From Podarcis vaucheri (lineage: Eukaryota): 64,000 nucleotides of DNA. Numbering within the stretch: position 1 is the stretch's first letter; the number at the start of each line of letters is the position of its first letter. A program made the translations under genes and the position numbers. A model generated the notes under the pieces. That model made no database searches. It saw only the letters and a program-made list of their open reading frames with translations, and had not been told where the DNA came from. The stretch lies in NCBI GenBank assembly GCA_965113315.1, contig OZ220376.1. The stretch is one strand, 5' to 3'. Positions 9,560 to 21,675 of the stretch are shown here, piece by piece.

Positions 9560-10740
9560 AACTTTCTTATACATCCACGAAACTACATTCCCCATCTCCT
9601 TTCGAGAGTAAGCGCATGGTCCCGCCTACGAATGCGAAGCGCAAAGCCCTCTGGGTCTTGTAGTTCCTCTGTGCTACGTTTCGAGACCTCTTCTTACCAG
9701 TGAGAGAGGGGTGATTGGAGATTGAAACAGGAAGGCTGTGCAATGGCCGCTGGGAGTTGTTGTCTTCTCATCGGCTCGATTCGCGAGAGGTGCGGAAGCG
9801 GGCGAGAGCGGCGTCCCTCACGTCGCCTCGTCACCCGGCGCACGGCCCCCCGGGAGTTGTAGTCCCCAGGCCCGGCGGCGTGCCTACCTAAGGCAGGCAC
9901 GCGGGGCTGACTGAGAACTACCAAAATGGCGGCCGGGCGCTGATGCGGGAGGAGAAGGGCGTACGGCATCTCGAGGAGGCCATCCTGCGTCGCGGCGGTG
10001 GGGCGCACACGCGGAGCGGCCGGAGCGAGCGCGGAGACGACGACGACGGTGGTGCCGCGTTCCCGGCTGCCGCGCTTTCCCCTCCCCCGCCCCTTCCCCT
10101 CCTGCCGCCGCCGCCCCCCACCTCAGCCCGCTTTCCTCCCAGGACGTCGGGAGCCGCTTCGGGAAGCGCAGAGGCTTGTGGGGGGGCGGGCAGAGACAAA
10201 ATGGAGGCGAACGGCAGCAGCGGCAGCAGCAGCGACTCGGCGCCCGACTGCTGGGACCAGGCGGATATCGAGCCCGGCGCTGGCCCGGCCGGCTCCTCCG
10301 CCCCCGGCGCTGCCGCCGCCGACGTGCCCAGCCCGGCCCAGCTCGACGCCGCCTCGGCGGAGCAGCAGGAGGAGCTGCTGGGCGCGGCCTTCAGCCGGCA
10401 CCTCAACGTCAACGCCAAGCCCTTCGTGCCCAATGTCCACGCCGCCGAGTTCGTGCCGGCCTTCCTGAGGGGAGGCCCAGGCCCGGCCTCCTCGTCGTCG
10501 CCTTCCTCCTCCTCCTCCTCCACGTCCTCCGCGCCCGCGCAGGGACTCCCGCCGCCGCCGCCTTCGCCCCCGCCGGGCCTGCCGCCCCTGACGTCGCTGC
10601 CACACGGTAACCTCGCCGCGGAGGAAGGAAAAGGGGTTGGGGCGGAGGGGGGGGGGTCGCTTCGGTTATGGAGGCCTTGAACTTTGGGGCGTTTCAACAG
10701 TCCCTGTTGAGCCCCCAGGTAAGTCGTGCGTGGGATTGCA
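9560..10740. promoter_or_regulatory. GSPT1 CpG island / promoter
   Basis: Very GC/CpG-rich. ZNF143-like GGGAGTTGTAGT (~9852-9863) and YY1 motif CAAAATGGCGGCC (9922-9934). Spans exon 1. Confidence 0.85.
10201..10606 (+). CDS. GSPT1: eRF3a exon 1 (N-terminus, overlapping PAM2 motifs)
   Basis: aaaATGG Kozak. MEANGSSGSSSDSAPDCWDQAD...AFSRHLNVNAKPFVPNVHAAEFVP (two PABP-binding PAM2 motifs, including AKPF). Donor CACG|gtaacc, phase 1. Confidence 0.9.
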
Positions 10741-13700
10741 ACCTTAAAAATACAGTCATAGTAATCAGATATATATATATATTTAAAACAACAACCTGCG
10801 CTCAGATCACGTGCAGTTCCTTATTACGGCCAGCTGTAAGTAAGTGATATATTTATTCTCCCTCGCCTCCCCCCCCCCCCATTTCACCTGCTTAACTCAA
10901 CAATCCTGCGAGGTGGGCTTCAGAGAGGATCAGCTGGCCCAAGGCCACCCTGCGATCTTCATTACTGGGAGATGTTTGCCTCCTCTCTCCTCCCAGCTGG
11001 ATGGTCTAACCTCCCTACTGCGTTGTGTGAGATTTTTTTTTAGGGAGAATGTGACTTACGCTGGTGGGTCCGGAGCCCAGATTAGGGAGAAGGAAAGGAG
11101 CAATCCCAGTACAGTATTTGAACTTTTTAGAAATGGGGGCATGGAGGTGGTCCTGTTCTTTGGGTGGTAGCAGATGGGGAATTGACTATGATCTGAGAAG
11201 GCAAGGCCAACGTGGGCCAACTTTAGCAATGTGCCCATGAGAGGTTTTGGAGGGAAGGTCTTAGTGTATGTATTTGAAAGTTAGTTGAGTGGGGTTGGGG
11301 TGACCCTTGGGGAACCTTGAAGACCTGAGGGATTGTGGTAGGGAGAGGTCCTGTGTTGTAGTTGTTTCTGGCAGTAGTGTGGAGCCATGCTGACCGCACT
11401 GGGACAAGCATAAATGAGGAGTGACTCAGGGCAGCTCAGTGGCTGTGATGCAAGGCAGAACGTCACTTGCCTACGTTGGCAGAGGAGGGGAAAAGTCTGT
11501 TTCCGGTTATTAGAAGAGTTGCTATGAAAGCCACTCGGAAAGACTTCCTTGATGCCATTATGTTCCTAAACCACCTGTTAACATGACGGTTTTTTTAATA
11601 TATAAAAAAAGGCTGTTACCTTTTCCTCTTGCTCCTCCTCTAAGCCAAAGTCACCCAGGCAGCTGGAAATGGATTTTCCCTAGTTTAGCAGTCTTATCAA
11701 CTACATTATACTGGTTGTCTTCCAAGGTAGCAAAATATAAGGAAGGCAACCAGTTCAGAAAAGAGGATATTGTAATCTGAAGACACAGAGAAGTAATATA
11801 GCAGATATGAGGAGAGAGATTTTAACATGGTGAATTACGCTTGAAAGGTAGTTCTTACAGTATTGGTAGAATGATCAGATCAGCAAAAACTTTATTTGAA
11901 TGTGTGTTGTGCACTTCAGATGTTGCGTTTCATATAGACTCTTGGTAGTGCACTTAATTTTTTTAATCCAGATGTATTACCTACTAGGCAGTAAAAACCG
12001 TGATGGAGTTGGAATCTTGCACATGGCCATCTTTTTCACCAGGTGGTACTAAGCATCTGACTTAACTTACGTTAATGGTGTTAGATTTATGCTGCTATTT
12101 ATTTTATAGGTTGATTAAGCTTATTCATGCTCAACATGCCATGAAATACTCTGGCTGCTTTATACTTGCATAATACTGTTACTGGAGCTTTCCCTTAACT
12201 TGAATCTTAGTGTTTCCTGCAGTGGGTGCTTGGGTCAGTGGCTAGGTTGGAAATGGGGAAGGGATAAATGTATTGCTTCAAGGTCATCAGGTGAATCAAG
12301 AAGAATGGTGCAACATGCTAATGGGAACTGTGAATTGGAAAGCATGCCTTTTCCTAATATCTCCATAAGATTTGCAGTATTTGTGGCAAGACTGCCTTAA
12401 TGTAAATTATCCAGTTTCAAACAACTTTCCTCTTGGCTTTACTTTATTAGGTAGGATTGATTCTGAGTCTATCCCATTCTTTCTTCAGAAAGCTCAGTGC
12501 AGCTTACATGATGCTCTCCTACAGTCTCCTATGTAGTCATGGGCCAGACTGAGACCTGCTTGAGTTTTTATTCCCCCTACCCCAATCTTAAATGTGTTCA
12601 TAGGGTATCTACATGATCTTGTAGTCATGACCAAATCACAGCTAGTAATTATAGTTGAGCATGTTAGCTAAGGAATGTCCCTGGATTACTTTCTGCTTGA
12701 AGTGGGATGCTCAATTGCAGCAAAATCCTGTGCATGTGTTACTCAGAGGTGAGCCCCATTGAGTTCAAAAAACATCCTTCCTAGTAGCTACTCTTTAGGT
12801 AACCTTTGTAAAGTAAAAAAATGCTTGCAGGCAGGGTTTTTGGTTTTGGTTTTAGTTGGGAGAAAGTTGGCTTTTTGTTATTTCAAGTTGTCAGTGAGGT
12901 GCAGATAATTAACATAGTTCTGTGTAAGGCTAGTGGGCGGAGGGGGGGGCAAAATGGGTCTAGTAATTTCTGTACATTTACCAGGGTTGAAAAAGAATAG
13001 ATGAGATGGAGCCTTGGGTTCCAAATAAGTCCTGATTGCCACTCTGCTTCATAAATTCAAAGCTTTCTTGCTTTTTTACCTATGAAAATAAAAGTTTGTC
13101 CAAGCTAAGATATTGCATGTATTATGTAAACCATATCTTGAGAATGTCACACTCACGGTTTCCTATCATCTCAATTAACTGGTTGAATATCTATATTGCT
13201 CTACATGGGTATAACGATGCTTGGCAACACTGACTGACTTATTCCTGGGGATATCATAGTTGTTTGGGTACTTTCACAATTGATAGCTGAAACATGATAT
13301 ATATGTACCCAAAGACACCCTTAATTACTCGGAATGACTGAAAATGAACACTTCCCATGAAGTCTTTTTCATATCAGCTAGTTGACAGGCAGCCAAGCCA
13401 CTATACTGATATAATGTGGTGTGTGTGGCCTCGTGCATAACATTTCATAGATTGGGAGCAGGATCTGTATTAGCAGCAGCTGTTATACTGTATCATACAT
13501 GTGAAAGTTAGAGATGTAAGGAACTTTTTCTCATTCAATTTCTTGCTATCCTTGTGTGATCGAAGAGCCTCTGACAGCCTGGAATATATATCTGCATACA
13601 GAGTGTAAGATGTTAGTTACTGTTTCAATTCATATACATATGCTTGTGGTGGCTAAGTCAGGTTTGAGTATTTAAGAAAGCTTTAGGCATTCAGTATCAA

Positions 13701-15132
13701 TATGGTACCATGGGCTGGGCTGGTTTTTTTTAGGGGGTGTTGCTGTTGTCACTGTTGAGCTCTTGAAGTGATTTATGTGATTCACTTTGGTTATGTATTT
13801 TATAATGCTTTGTTTTATTGTTTGTGACTACTTTTGTTATGTTGCGTGTGTTTTCACTTTGTAAACCGCCTTGAGCATGGTTTGAACTGTGGAAAGGTGG
13901 CATTCCAACGAGAGTGCCAGTCTGGAAGAGTTGCTTGGGCATAATTTAACATTGGGAAATGTTTCAAGAGCAGTGATTCTTAAAAAGGGAGGCTTTTAAA
14001 TTTTTACTGAATGGGTGTTTGGTAGGAGCACCAACCCACACCCAGTCAATTCATTAAGCAACGTGATGCAGGAGCTTAGTTTATTTGACACTGCTACTGT
14101 AGACTATTTTTTGTAAGATAGAAAGCCTGGGGCTATTTATTTTACTAGATTCACTTTTATCCTACTGTTTGTCTCCAGAACTCAGGCAACATTCATGGGT
14201 TACTTGCAGTGTTCAAAATTTGCCAGGATGGCGCCTGATTTGTCCACCATCTGGAGCTGCATGCCTGGGGATCCTTGGATCTTGCCTGTTATCACACATT
14301 TGCAACACACCCTGCCGAATTCTATCCATTATATTTTACCTTCCCAATCAAAATGAAATTCAGGAACCAAAAACTCATATTGAAAAATACGGCTTTTGAG
14401 CCATCCAGCCCGAAAATAGCCACCAGGTATTCTGTCTGGCAACTGTATCCTTGATTTAAGGGGCTCATATATCTGAGTTTCTAACACTGGTTACTTGCCA
14501 GGCTCAGGTCTGCTTAACTTGGAGAAGGAGCTGCATCAATGCCACTGCGACTCTGTATGTCTTTGTAACTATATTCCTGATCTTTGCTTTAATCTTTGTA
14601 ACACACACAGAGCTACTCAACTACCTTTACTCCAATATTTGATTCGTCTTGATTGGAGAGTTCAGGCTAGTTTCTTTTTTATTTTTAGGCTTAGGAAGGC
14701 TTGCTTGATAGAGGATGAGTGTCCCATACTCTTATCTCAGCCAGCACTCTCTTTCATCTTTGTTGATGCTTAGTTCTGAATTCTTAAGAGAGATAGTGGA
14801 CTTCCAGACCACTATTCACTGCTGTGTTGAGCAGATTGTTAGTTCCTGCCCTGAGAGTTTATCCAATGTAGATCTACTCAGAGTAGATCCACTGAAATTA
14901 ATTGCATTACTAATGTAAGTATTGAATTCAACGGTCTACTCTGTAAAGCTCAGTTGGATACTGCCCTAAACTTTTGTAGCGAAGGCCTGCAGTGAGGAGC
15001 TCAACCACATGATAGGCATAAAGCATGGAATATCATGAGTATTTTGTTGTGTGGAGCTGTAGAGATAGGATTTTGTTGCAAGAAAGAGGCATTATGTAAA
15101 GCTGGTGAGAAGAGGACAAATATGAGCTAGAT

Positions 15133-15270
15133 CAAGCTTCCTCAACCTCGACTTTCCAGGTGTTTTTTGGCCTACAACTCCCATGATCCCTAGCTAGCAG
15201 GACCAATGGTCTGGGATGATGGGAATTGAAAGTCTGAAAACATCTGGAGGGCCAAGGTTGAGGAAGCCTG
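15133..15270. mobile_element. hAT-type palindromic MITE
   Basis: Inverted ends, ACTACAAYTCCCA-type arms, perfect 8-bp TSD AGCTAGAT. Confidence 0.85.
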
Positions 15271-15542
15271 AGCTAGATGAAAACTAAAAGACTCAATCCA
15301 GACAAGACAGATGTTCATCTCCCCAGGTCAGTGGTGGCCAACTTGTTCTGAAGGGGGTTGCAGTCAGCAGGTTTCAGTCTGAGGGTGCTCATGATGTAAC
15401 TTTCCCACTGGAGGCACCTGTAGCATGTGTCATCCAGAGTGCCTTTTACCGCCTTAGGCACGTCTTCAGGCTATGACCCTAACCTGGAAAGAGACAGCCT
15501 TGATTCAGTTACACATTTTATGCTAACTTCCCATTTAGAGTA

Positions 15543-15781
15543 CAGTGGTACCTCAGGTTACATGTGCTTCAGGTTACATACGCTTCAGGTTACAGACTCC
15601 ACTAACCCAGAAATATTACCTCGGGTTAAGAACTTTGCTTCAGGATGAGAACAGAAATGCTCTGGCGGCGCGGCAGCAGGAGGAGGCCCCATTAGCTAAA
15701 GTGGTGCTTCAGGTTAAGAACAGTTTCAGGTTAAGAACAGACCTCCAGAACGAATTAAGTTCTTAACCCGAGGTACCACTG
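15543..15781. mobile_element. Tc1/mariner MITE, family A
   Basis: TA|CAGTGGTACCTC...GAGGTACCACTG|TA. Confidence 0.88.
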
Positions 15782-17489
15782 TACTCTGTGTATAAGGCTG
15801 CTAAGCAAAGAGAAAGATTGAGTGGAGAAGGACTGACGTTCTTTCGTCCGGCAACCCTTTTCACACAAAGCCCTTCACTGCATCTTAAATCTGGCAAGCA
15901 GGCAACTCAGCTGTTCAAAACTTGAAGTAGGTGATGCTTCCATTTTTAGATGGAAAACACTTGCTTGTAGGTTAGGATTGGGGCTGAAGGCATGCTGGGT
16001 TTGCCCATTCTTGCATAGATTAGGGTTGTGTTTTACAGGAATTGATTTCTGCCATCAGTCTTGCTGTGCTAGAAAAGCAGTCTGGGATGCCCACATGGTG
16101 TTGTGAGATCAGAACTGCTCTTAACACAAAATAACTGGTGATTCATCTTGCGCCTGTTGATGGGACTATCATCCCACCTTGCTTGCATTCTTGTCTTTGA
16201 AGAGGAAGGCCGAATGTAGTGAGGAGATGGCATAGTTCCTGCTCAACAAGTACTGCTGTCTTTGGGCGGTTAAATATTTAATGTTCTTTCCTTGTCTTCT
16301 CCCAGACCTTATTGCAGAGTTCACTTTAATTATTGCTTATTATTTGCTTCGCTAAATGTTCACAGGGAAAACAAAAGGGTTGTGTCAGTCAGCAGTAGGC
16401 AGTGTAATTCATTTACCGATTAATACCTTGGCTCATGAAGTACATTTTTTGTTGATATTGTTAGAAACAAAGAGAAAGCATTTTGGAAGATCTGCAAGCT
16501 TCTAAAATGCATGTTTCACCAGTTTCTTCAAAATGGTTTCTTAACATTTCTGTATACATTAAATAGACTTTATTTGAACCCAATTATGTGTTAGATGTCA
16601 GAGCTTGTTTCACTGTCCAAAGTAGTTAGTTCCTTTCCCTCTTCACTAAATTATGCCAACCAGGCCACAAACATCTGGGCTTCTTTTGGTAGAAGGGAGT
16701 GGCAAAAATCTAATTATTACAATAATTGAGATAGGGAGCAGGCTTTGTGGTCTGAGGGTGTGGGCAACTGTGAAATGCAGTGTCTGCCATTTTTTGTATT
16801 CAGCACTAAGAGAAGCATACCTGTAACATTGGAAAGTTTATTTGGAAGCAATAATAATAATTTTATTATTTATACCCTGCCCACGTGGCCTAATGTTTTA
16901 TTACAGGACTTCTTGAAAATATTCCATGATTGGACTGTCCATGCATTGTTGCTATAGAAAAATCAAACAAAAGCTCTTACACTTTAAGGGTTTCCTTTTG
17001 AGACATTCACTGCTTTGTTTACTTGACAACCACACAGGTAATAATGTCTCTTGGTGCTCTTTGAACTTCTCAGGAACCAATCTGGAATGTCCAGTTCTCC
17101 CTTTTGTTGTAGTCTCTGCCCTGTATTATTTTCCACAGTCTTTTTTTATGAAGTATAATAAATGAAGTGTGGTAAATCAAGAGCCACAGGTGACATCTAA
17201 AGTAGTATAGTCAGCTCACAACTTAAGTGCATTTCACTTGTGCGACTTCAGCTTTATGCACTTGGCTGAAAAAATGAAAAGGAGGGCAGGCGTCGGGGTG
17301 TGTATGTCAGCAATCCCACCTGCCATTGCACTCACCTTTGGAGAATATGCTTTGACTACATGTGATTTTGTCTTCATGCACCAACCCCAGAATGTAACTC
17401 CTGCGTAAGTTGAGAGTCAACTGCATAGTTAAGCAGTCTGAATTCAAAATTGCGTGCTGTGGCCTCTACCTTGGGATACAAGTTTCAGT

Positions 17490-17940
17490 GTAAGGGTGTT
17501 GGTGATGGCATCTATCTGTCTCAAGGGGCAATGGAGTGCGTTTCCAGGGGTGAAGTCAAAGTGCTGTGTTAGCAGCACCAAAGTGACTTTCCCAGGATGC
17601 AAGCCTGGGCAGTGTGTATGGAGGTCCTGGGCTGCCCAGACACCAAGACACATCGCTGATGTGGTCCAGAGGAAAGCAGAGCAAGACGTTTGGTGGCAGT
17701 TTGACTTCAGGAGTTTCTGGAAGGAGGCATACAAGGTGTCATCCAACCATCTTAGGGACTCCACTCCAAATTTGTGTAGGGTTTACTCCATAGCCTTTTC
17801 TTCTCCCAAATATATCCCACAAGGCAGTGGAGGTTTAGGATCAGAGTTTTTATTTTCCTAGATGGGCTACCTTTCCAGGTTGATGAGCCCCATCTGCCCC
17901 TCACTTTCCACTACAGCACTAGCAGAAACTGCCTTCATAT
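17490..17940. repeat. Unclassified interspersed repeat
   Basis: Shares CAAGCCTGGGCAGTGT(G/A)TATGGAGGTCCTGG...CTTAGGGACTCCACTC with a second copy at ~30980-31315. Confidence 0.7.
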
Positions 17941-19360
17941 GTGCAAGTCTGTTATTATAGAAATATGATTCAGTTTTTCAGAGCCACATATTTTTGATTA
18001 TGTAATAATTGGGATGATGTACCAAGTTCCTGTTTTTGTTTATTCTTGTCAAATATGTGGTGTCTGTCCTGTGTTGCCAACTGCACACAACAAGATGGAT
18101 TTCTCTCTCACCCATTAATGTTGCTACTAAAACAGTCGTGTTTTTAATTTAGGACAGTTCCTTCTTATTGTGCCTGTATAAGGATTTTTTCCTTAATGGG
18201 TCCATATGTGCCTTGGTGATAAAGATGTTGCTTACATTTAAATAATTTTGCTGTCATTTGGTTTGTAGCTTCCCTGGATAGCTTTACCAGATAAGGCAGT
18301 GTTTGTTGCTGAACACCCTGTGAGCTTTTTTCTCTGTGCTATCAATGTGTGTGATTATTCATAGAGTATAAGAGGATGGGTGCTTGCTCCAAGGGGCTTC
18401 CTGTAATTCAGCACAGAGAATACAAGGGAAGGAGAGAGGAAGAGGAATGTGTGTGTATTTCAGTTACATGTATGTAGGCTTAGTTACAGTACAGGGTGAT
18501 GAGAAAAATTGTTTCTTTTTTATGAGAAGAGACACCACATGTGCAGCCCTACCTGAAAAGCTACTAGCGCACATTTGTGTGTTTATTATCTGCCCATGTT
18601 TGTTAGTAGTTTATTTAGAATTTCTGAAGTCCCAAATTCCCAAAGCAGGTAACAATATAATGCACTTATAATCTGAAATGGGGAAAATTGAGTTGTCTTG
18701 CCAGATTGCAGGGAGCTGATACTCACTTGCCTCAGGCAGGCAGGCAAGCAAGTACAGTAGTTGTTTACAAGCCTAATAGGGCGTTGTCCAAAAGCAGTAC
18801 CAAAGTTTGCCCTTGTAAAAAGATGGAAAAGTCCAGCAAGTTTGGCTTTCTGTTGCAGTCATCAGAGTTAAAGGAGGCTTTGTAACAGTCACAACTGAAG
18901 TGTACAACGATAGTTGAGCATAATCTCCAGGGGAATATTTAGGGCAAATATGTTATGTTATGTACAGTTCTCTCCTCTCTCTGTCTCCCACACACACTCA
19001 ATTATGGTAAAGTTTATTATTTATATTTTGCTCTTCCACAGTGATTTGTGCCTAAAGTGGCTCACAATGCAAAGATAAATAAATAAACAATGCACATTAA
19101 AAAAAACCAGAATTCTTATGATGATAAAATAAGCACACGCAAACAAAAAGCACAAATAAAATGGCACAGCAAACAAAAAGTCCAGCAGCGGACTGACTGA
19201 AGTCAAAATTTAAAAGGCCTTGGAAAAATACCAAGCCTTCCACATGGAGAAGGGATTTAAAGCACATTAGGAATGGATGTGAGGGATATTGAACTTTCCC
19301 CAGAATTACTTAGTTTTCTTTCTCCTTGTGCAGCTTGGAGGAGGAAATCACAGCCTAGGG

Positions 19361-20131
19361 CAGGGGTCAGCAAACTTTTTCAGCAGGGGACCAGTCCACT
19401 CTCCCTCAGACCTTGGGGGGGGGCGGACTATATTTGGGAGGGGGGAAATGAACGATTTTCACCCGCCCACAAAGAGACCTGAAGATGCTTCGCTTTACCT
19501 GTCCCAGTTGTCATCCCAATAGCCACAGTTGGGCTTCTCCAGCCAGCCAGGTGCCATGATGGGGTAGGAGGCTGTGTTGGCCGGTGAAGACAGAAGCAGC
19601 AGCCCCAGCGGAGGAGCCACAGACGGAGGTAGGGGAACCGGAGTGTCACCGGAGCTTTTACCCACCACCTGCTGCTGCTGCTTCCCAAGAGGCACTGCAG
19701 AGAAGAAGACTGAGCTGCCCGCCAATCCGCAAGTGGCAGTCGCGGCCACCGCAATAACCCACCTGAATGCCATGGGAGGAATGAAGGAGGCAGGCGGCAG
19801 CGAAGAAAGCGTGTGAGGAAGCAGTGTGGAAAAGGAGCACGGAGAAGGAAGGATGGGCGGCCTGAGGGAGAGGGAGGAGGAGCAGGAGGAAAACACAGCA
19901 GCAGCCGGCGTCACGCCACCTTCACAGTGCCGCCCTGCTGAGGCGGGCAGGCAGGCGAACCGACCCTTGACGGCGCTCGGCATGGAACAAGATTGCTCCA
20001 TCCCTGAGGATGAAAGCGCTGCCGAAGGAGGGAGAGGGAAAGAATGCGGCGATTCCTGGACCGTCCATGGGCCAGATCCAGAAGGCAATTGGGCCTGATC
20101 CTGCCCGTGGACCTTAGTTTGCCAACCCGTG
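19361..20131. mobile_element. Non-autonomous hAT element with GC-rich interior
   Basis: Ends CAGGGGTCAGCAAAC / GTTTGCCAACCCGTG; perfect 8-bp TSD GCCTAGGG. Confidence 0.82.
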
Positions 20132-20429
20132 GCCTAGGGGGAAGGATTCAGTTCTGCTAACCACATGTACCTTAAATCTCCCCCCCACACACACACTTTT
20201 CATTAATTCAAAATGATGCAAATTGGGTCATGTGGGTACCACAACTACTTCTCTGACTTAAGCAAGGAGGAAAGCCTTTCCAAAAAGTTAGAAATGTGGG
20301 AAACAATGGGTTGCCTGCCTTAGAAATTTAATGTTATTTTTAAAGAATTTGAGAGCTTTTCAAGGATTCTTGTAAGGATTGTGCTTATTCTAATGCTGGG
20401 ACTCCATAACAGAATAAAGTTCTAAAATA

Positions 20430-20670
20430 ACCTTGATGGAGTGGAAAACTCAACCCAAACTAACATGAAATTCAGCAGAGACAAGTGCAGCAGTTCTGCA
20501 TTTTGGAGTATGGGGAGAAATCAAATGCACAGCTATAGGATGCTTGATAACATGATTTGGCAATAGTACAGGTGAAAAAGGTTTTGTATTTGTAGTTCAT
20601 CACTGAATATGAGTCAGCAGTGTGAGTTGGCTGCAAAAAAGGCTTAAGTAGTTTTGGTCTGCATTCTGCA
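20430..20670 (+). mobile_element. CR1 LINE ORF2 fragment
   Basis: Degenerate MKFSRDKC..LH.G..NQMHSYRM...LNMSQQCELAAKKA. Confidence 0.75.
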
Positions 20671-21466
20671 GTTTTTATTTATTTTTATCATGCAGTTGCT
20701 ATTGGAAGGAGTATTTAAATCCTGAACTAGAAAGGATTAACTAGAACTAGATAGTTTTGTATGTTACTAAATTTATTTAATTAAATTTATTATATTTCTA
20801 TGCTGCTTTCCACACACACAAATCATAAAGCGGCTTACATACAATAAATAACTATAACATAGTACAGCATCCCAGTTAGAACAGAAATCATATAGAATAA
20901 TTAACAAATCATCAGTAAAACAACCACCTTCTATAAAACACTATGAATAAAACAACTAAAAAAATAAGGTAAGCAGCACAACCACAACAAGTCATGTAAG
21001 ATTCACAAAGCATTACTGCACTCATAATTCACAAAACAAAATTAACAATTACAATCTTGCAACCAAAACCAAACGAAGCACTGTTGAATTCACACACTCT
21101 CTCTCTCCTCACCCCATGACTCATAATCTTCTACTCAGTTCATCAAAAGACACATACACATAATGCCTATGGCAGCAGCTCTGTTCTGAAGGCTCCTAGG
21201 GCCCCAAGGGCCAGGCAGGTGGAAAAACCCGTTGCCTGATGGCCAGCACAAAATCTCATTCCCCACACAGTTCTTCCTCTGGAAACAGTTCCCTTATGGA
21301 GGCTGGAGGGTGGAGCAAGGCAAGTGGAAAAAGCCACTGCCTGATGGTCAGCACAAAGTCTCATTCCCCTCATCATAAGCTCGAAGTAAGATTTTTACCT
21401 CTACTCTGGTTTAATTTTCCTGTTTTCTCTCCACCTTTTAAAAAAAAATGATAAATATTTACAGTA

Positions 21467-21675
21467 CAGTGGTACCTCGGGTTACATACGCTTCAGGTTA
21501 CAGTCTCCGCTAACCCAGAAATAGTACATCGGGTTAAGAACTTTGCTTCAGGATGAGAACAGAAAGCGTGCTCCGGTGGCACGGCAGCAGTAGGAGGCCC
21601 CATTAGCTAAAGTGGTGCTTCAGATTAAGAACGGACCTCCTGAATGAATTAAGTACTTAACCCAAGGTACCACTG
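21467..21675. mobile_element. Tc1/mariner MITE, family A
   Basis: Same TIRs and TA TSD as the other family A copies. Confidence 0.85.

Noticed and set aside
9918-10697. 259-aa antisense ORF and other overlapping ORFs over GSPT1 exon 1
   Set aside because: Shadow frames of a very GC-rich coding exon; low-complexity, no recognisable domain.
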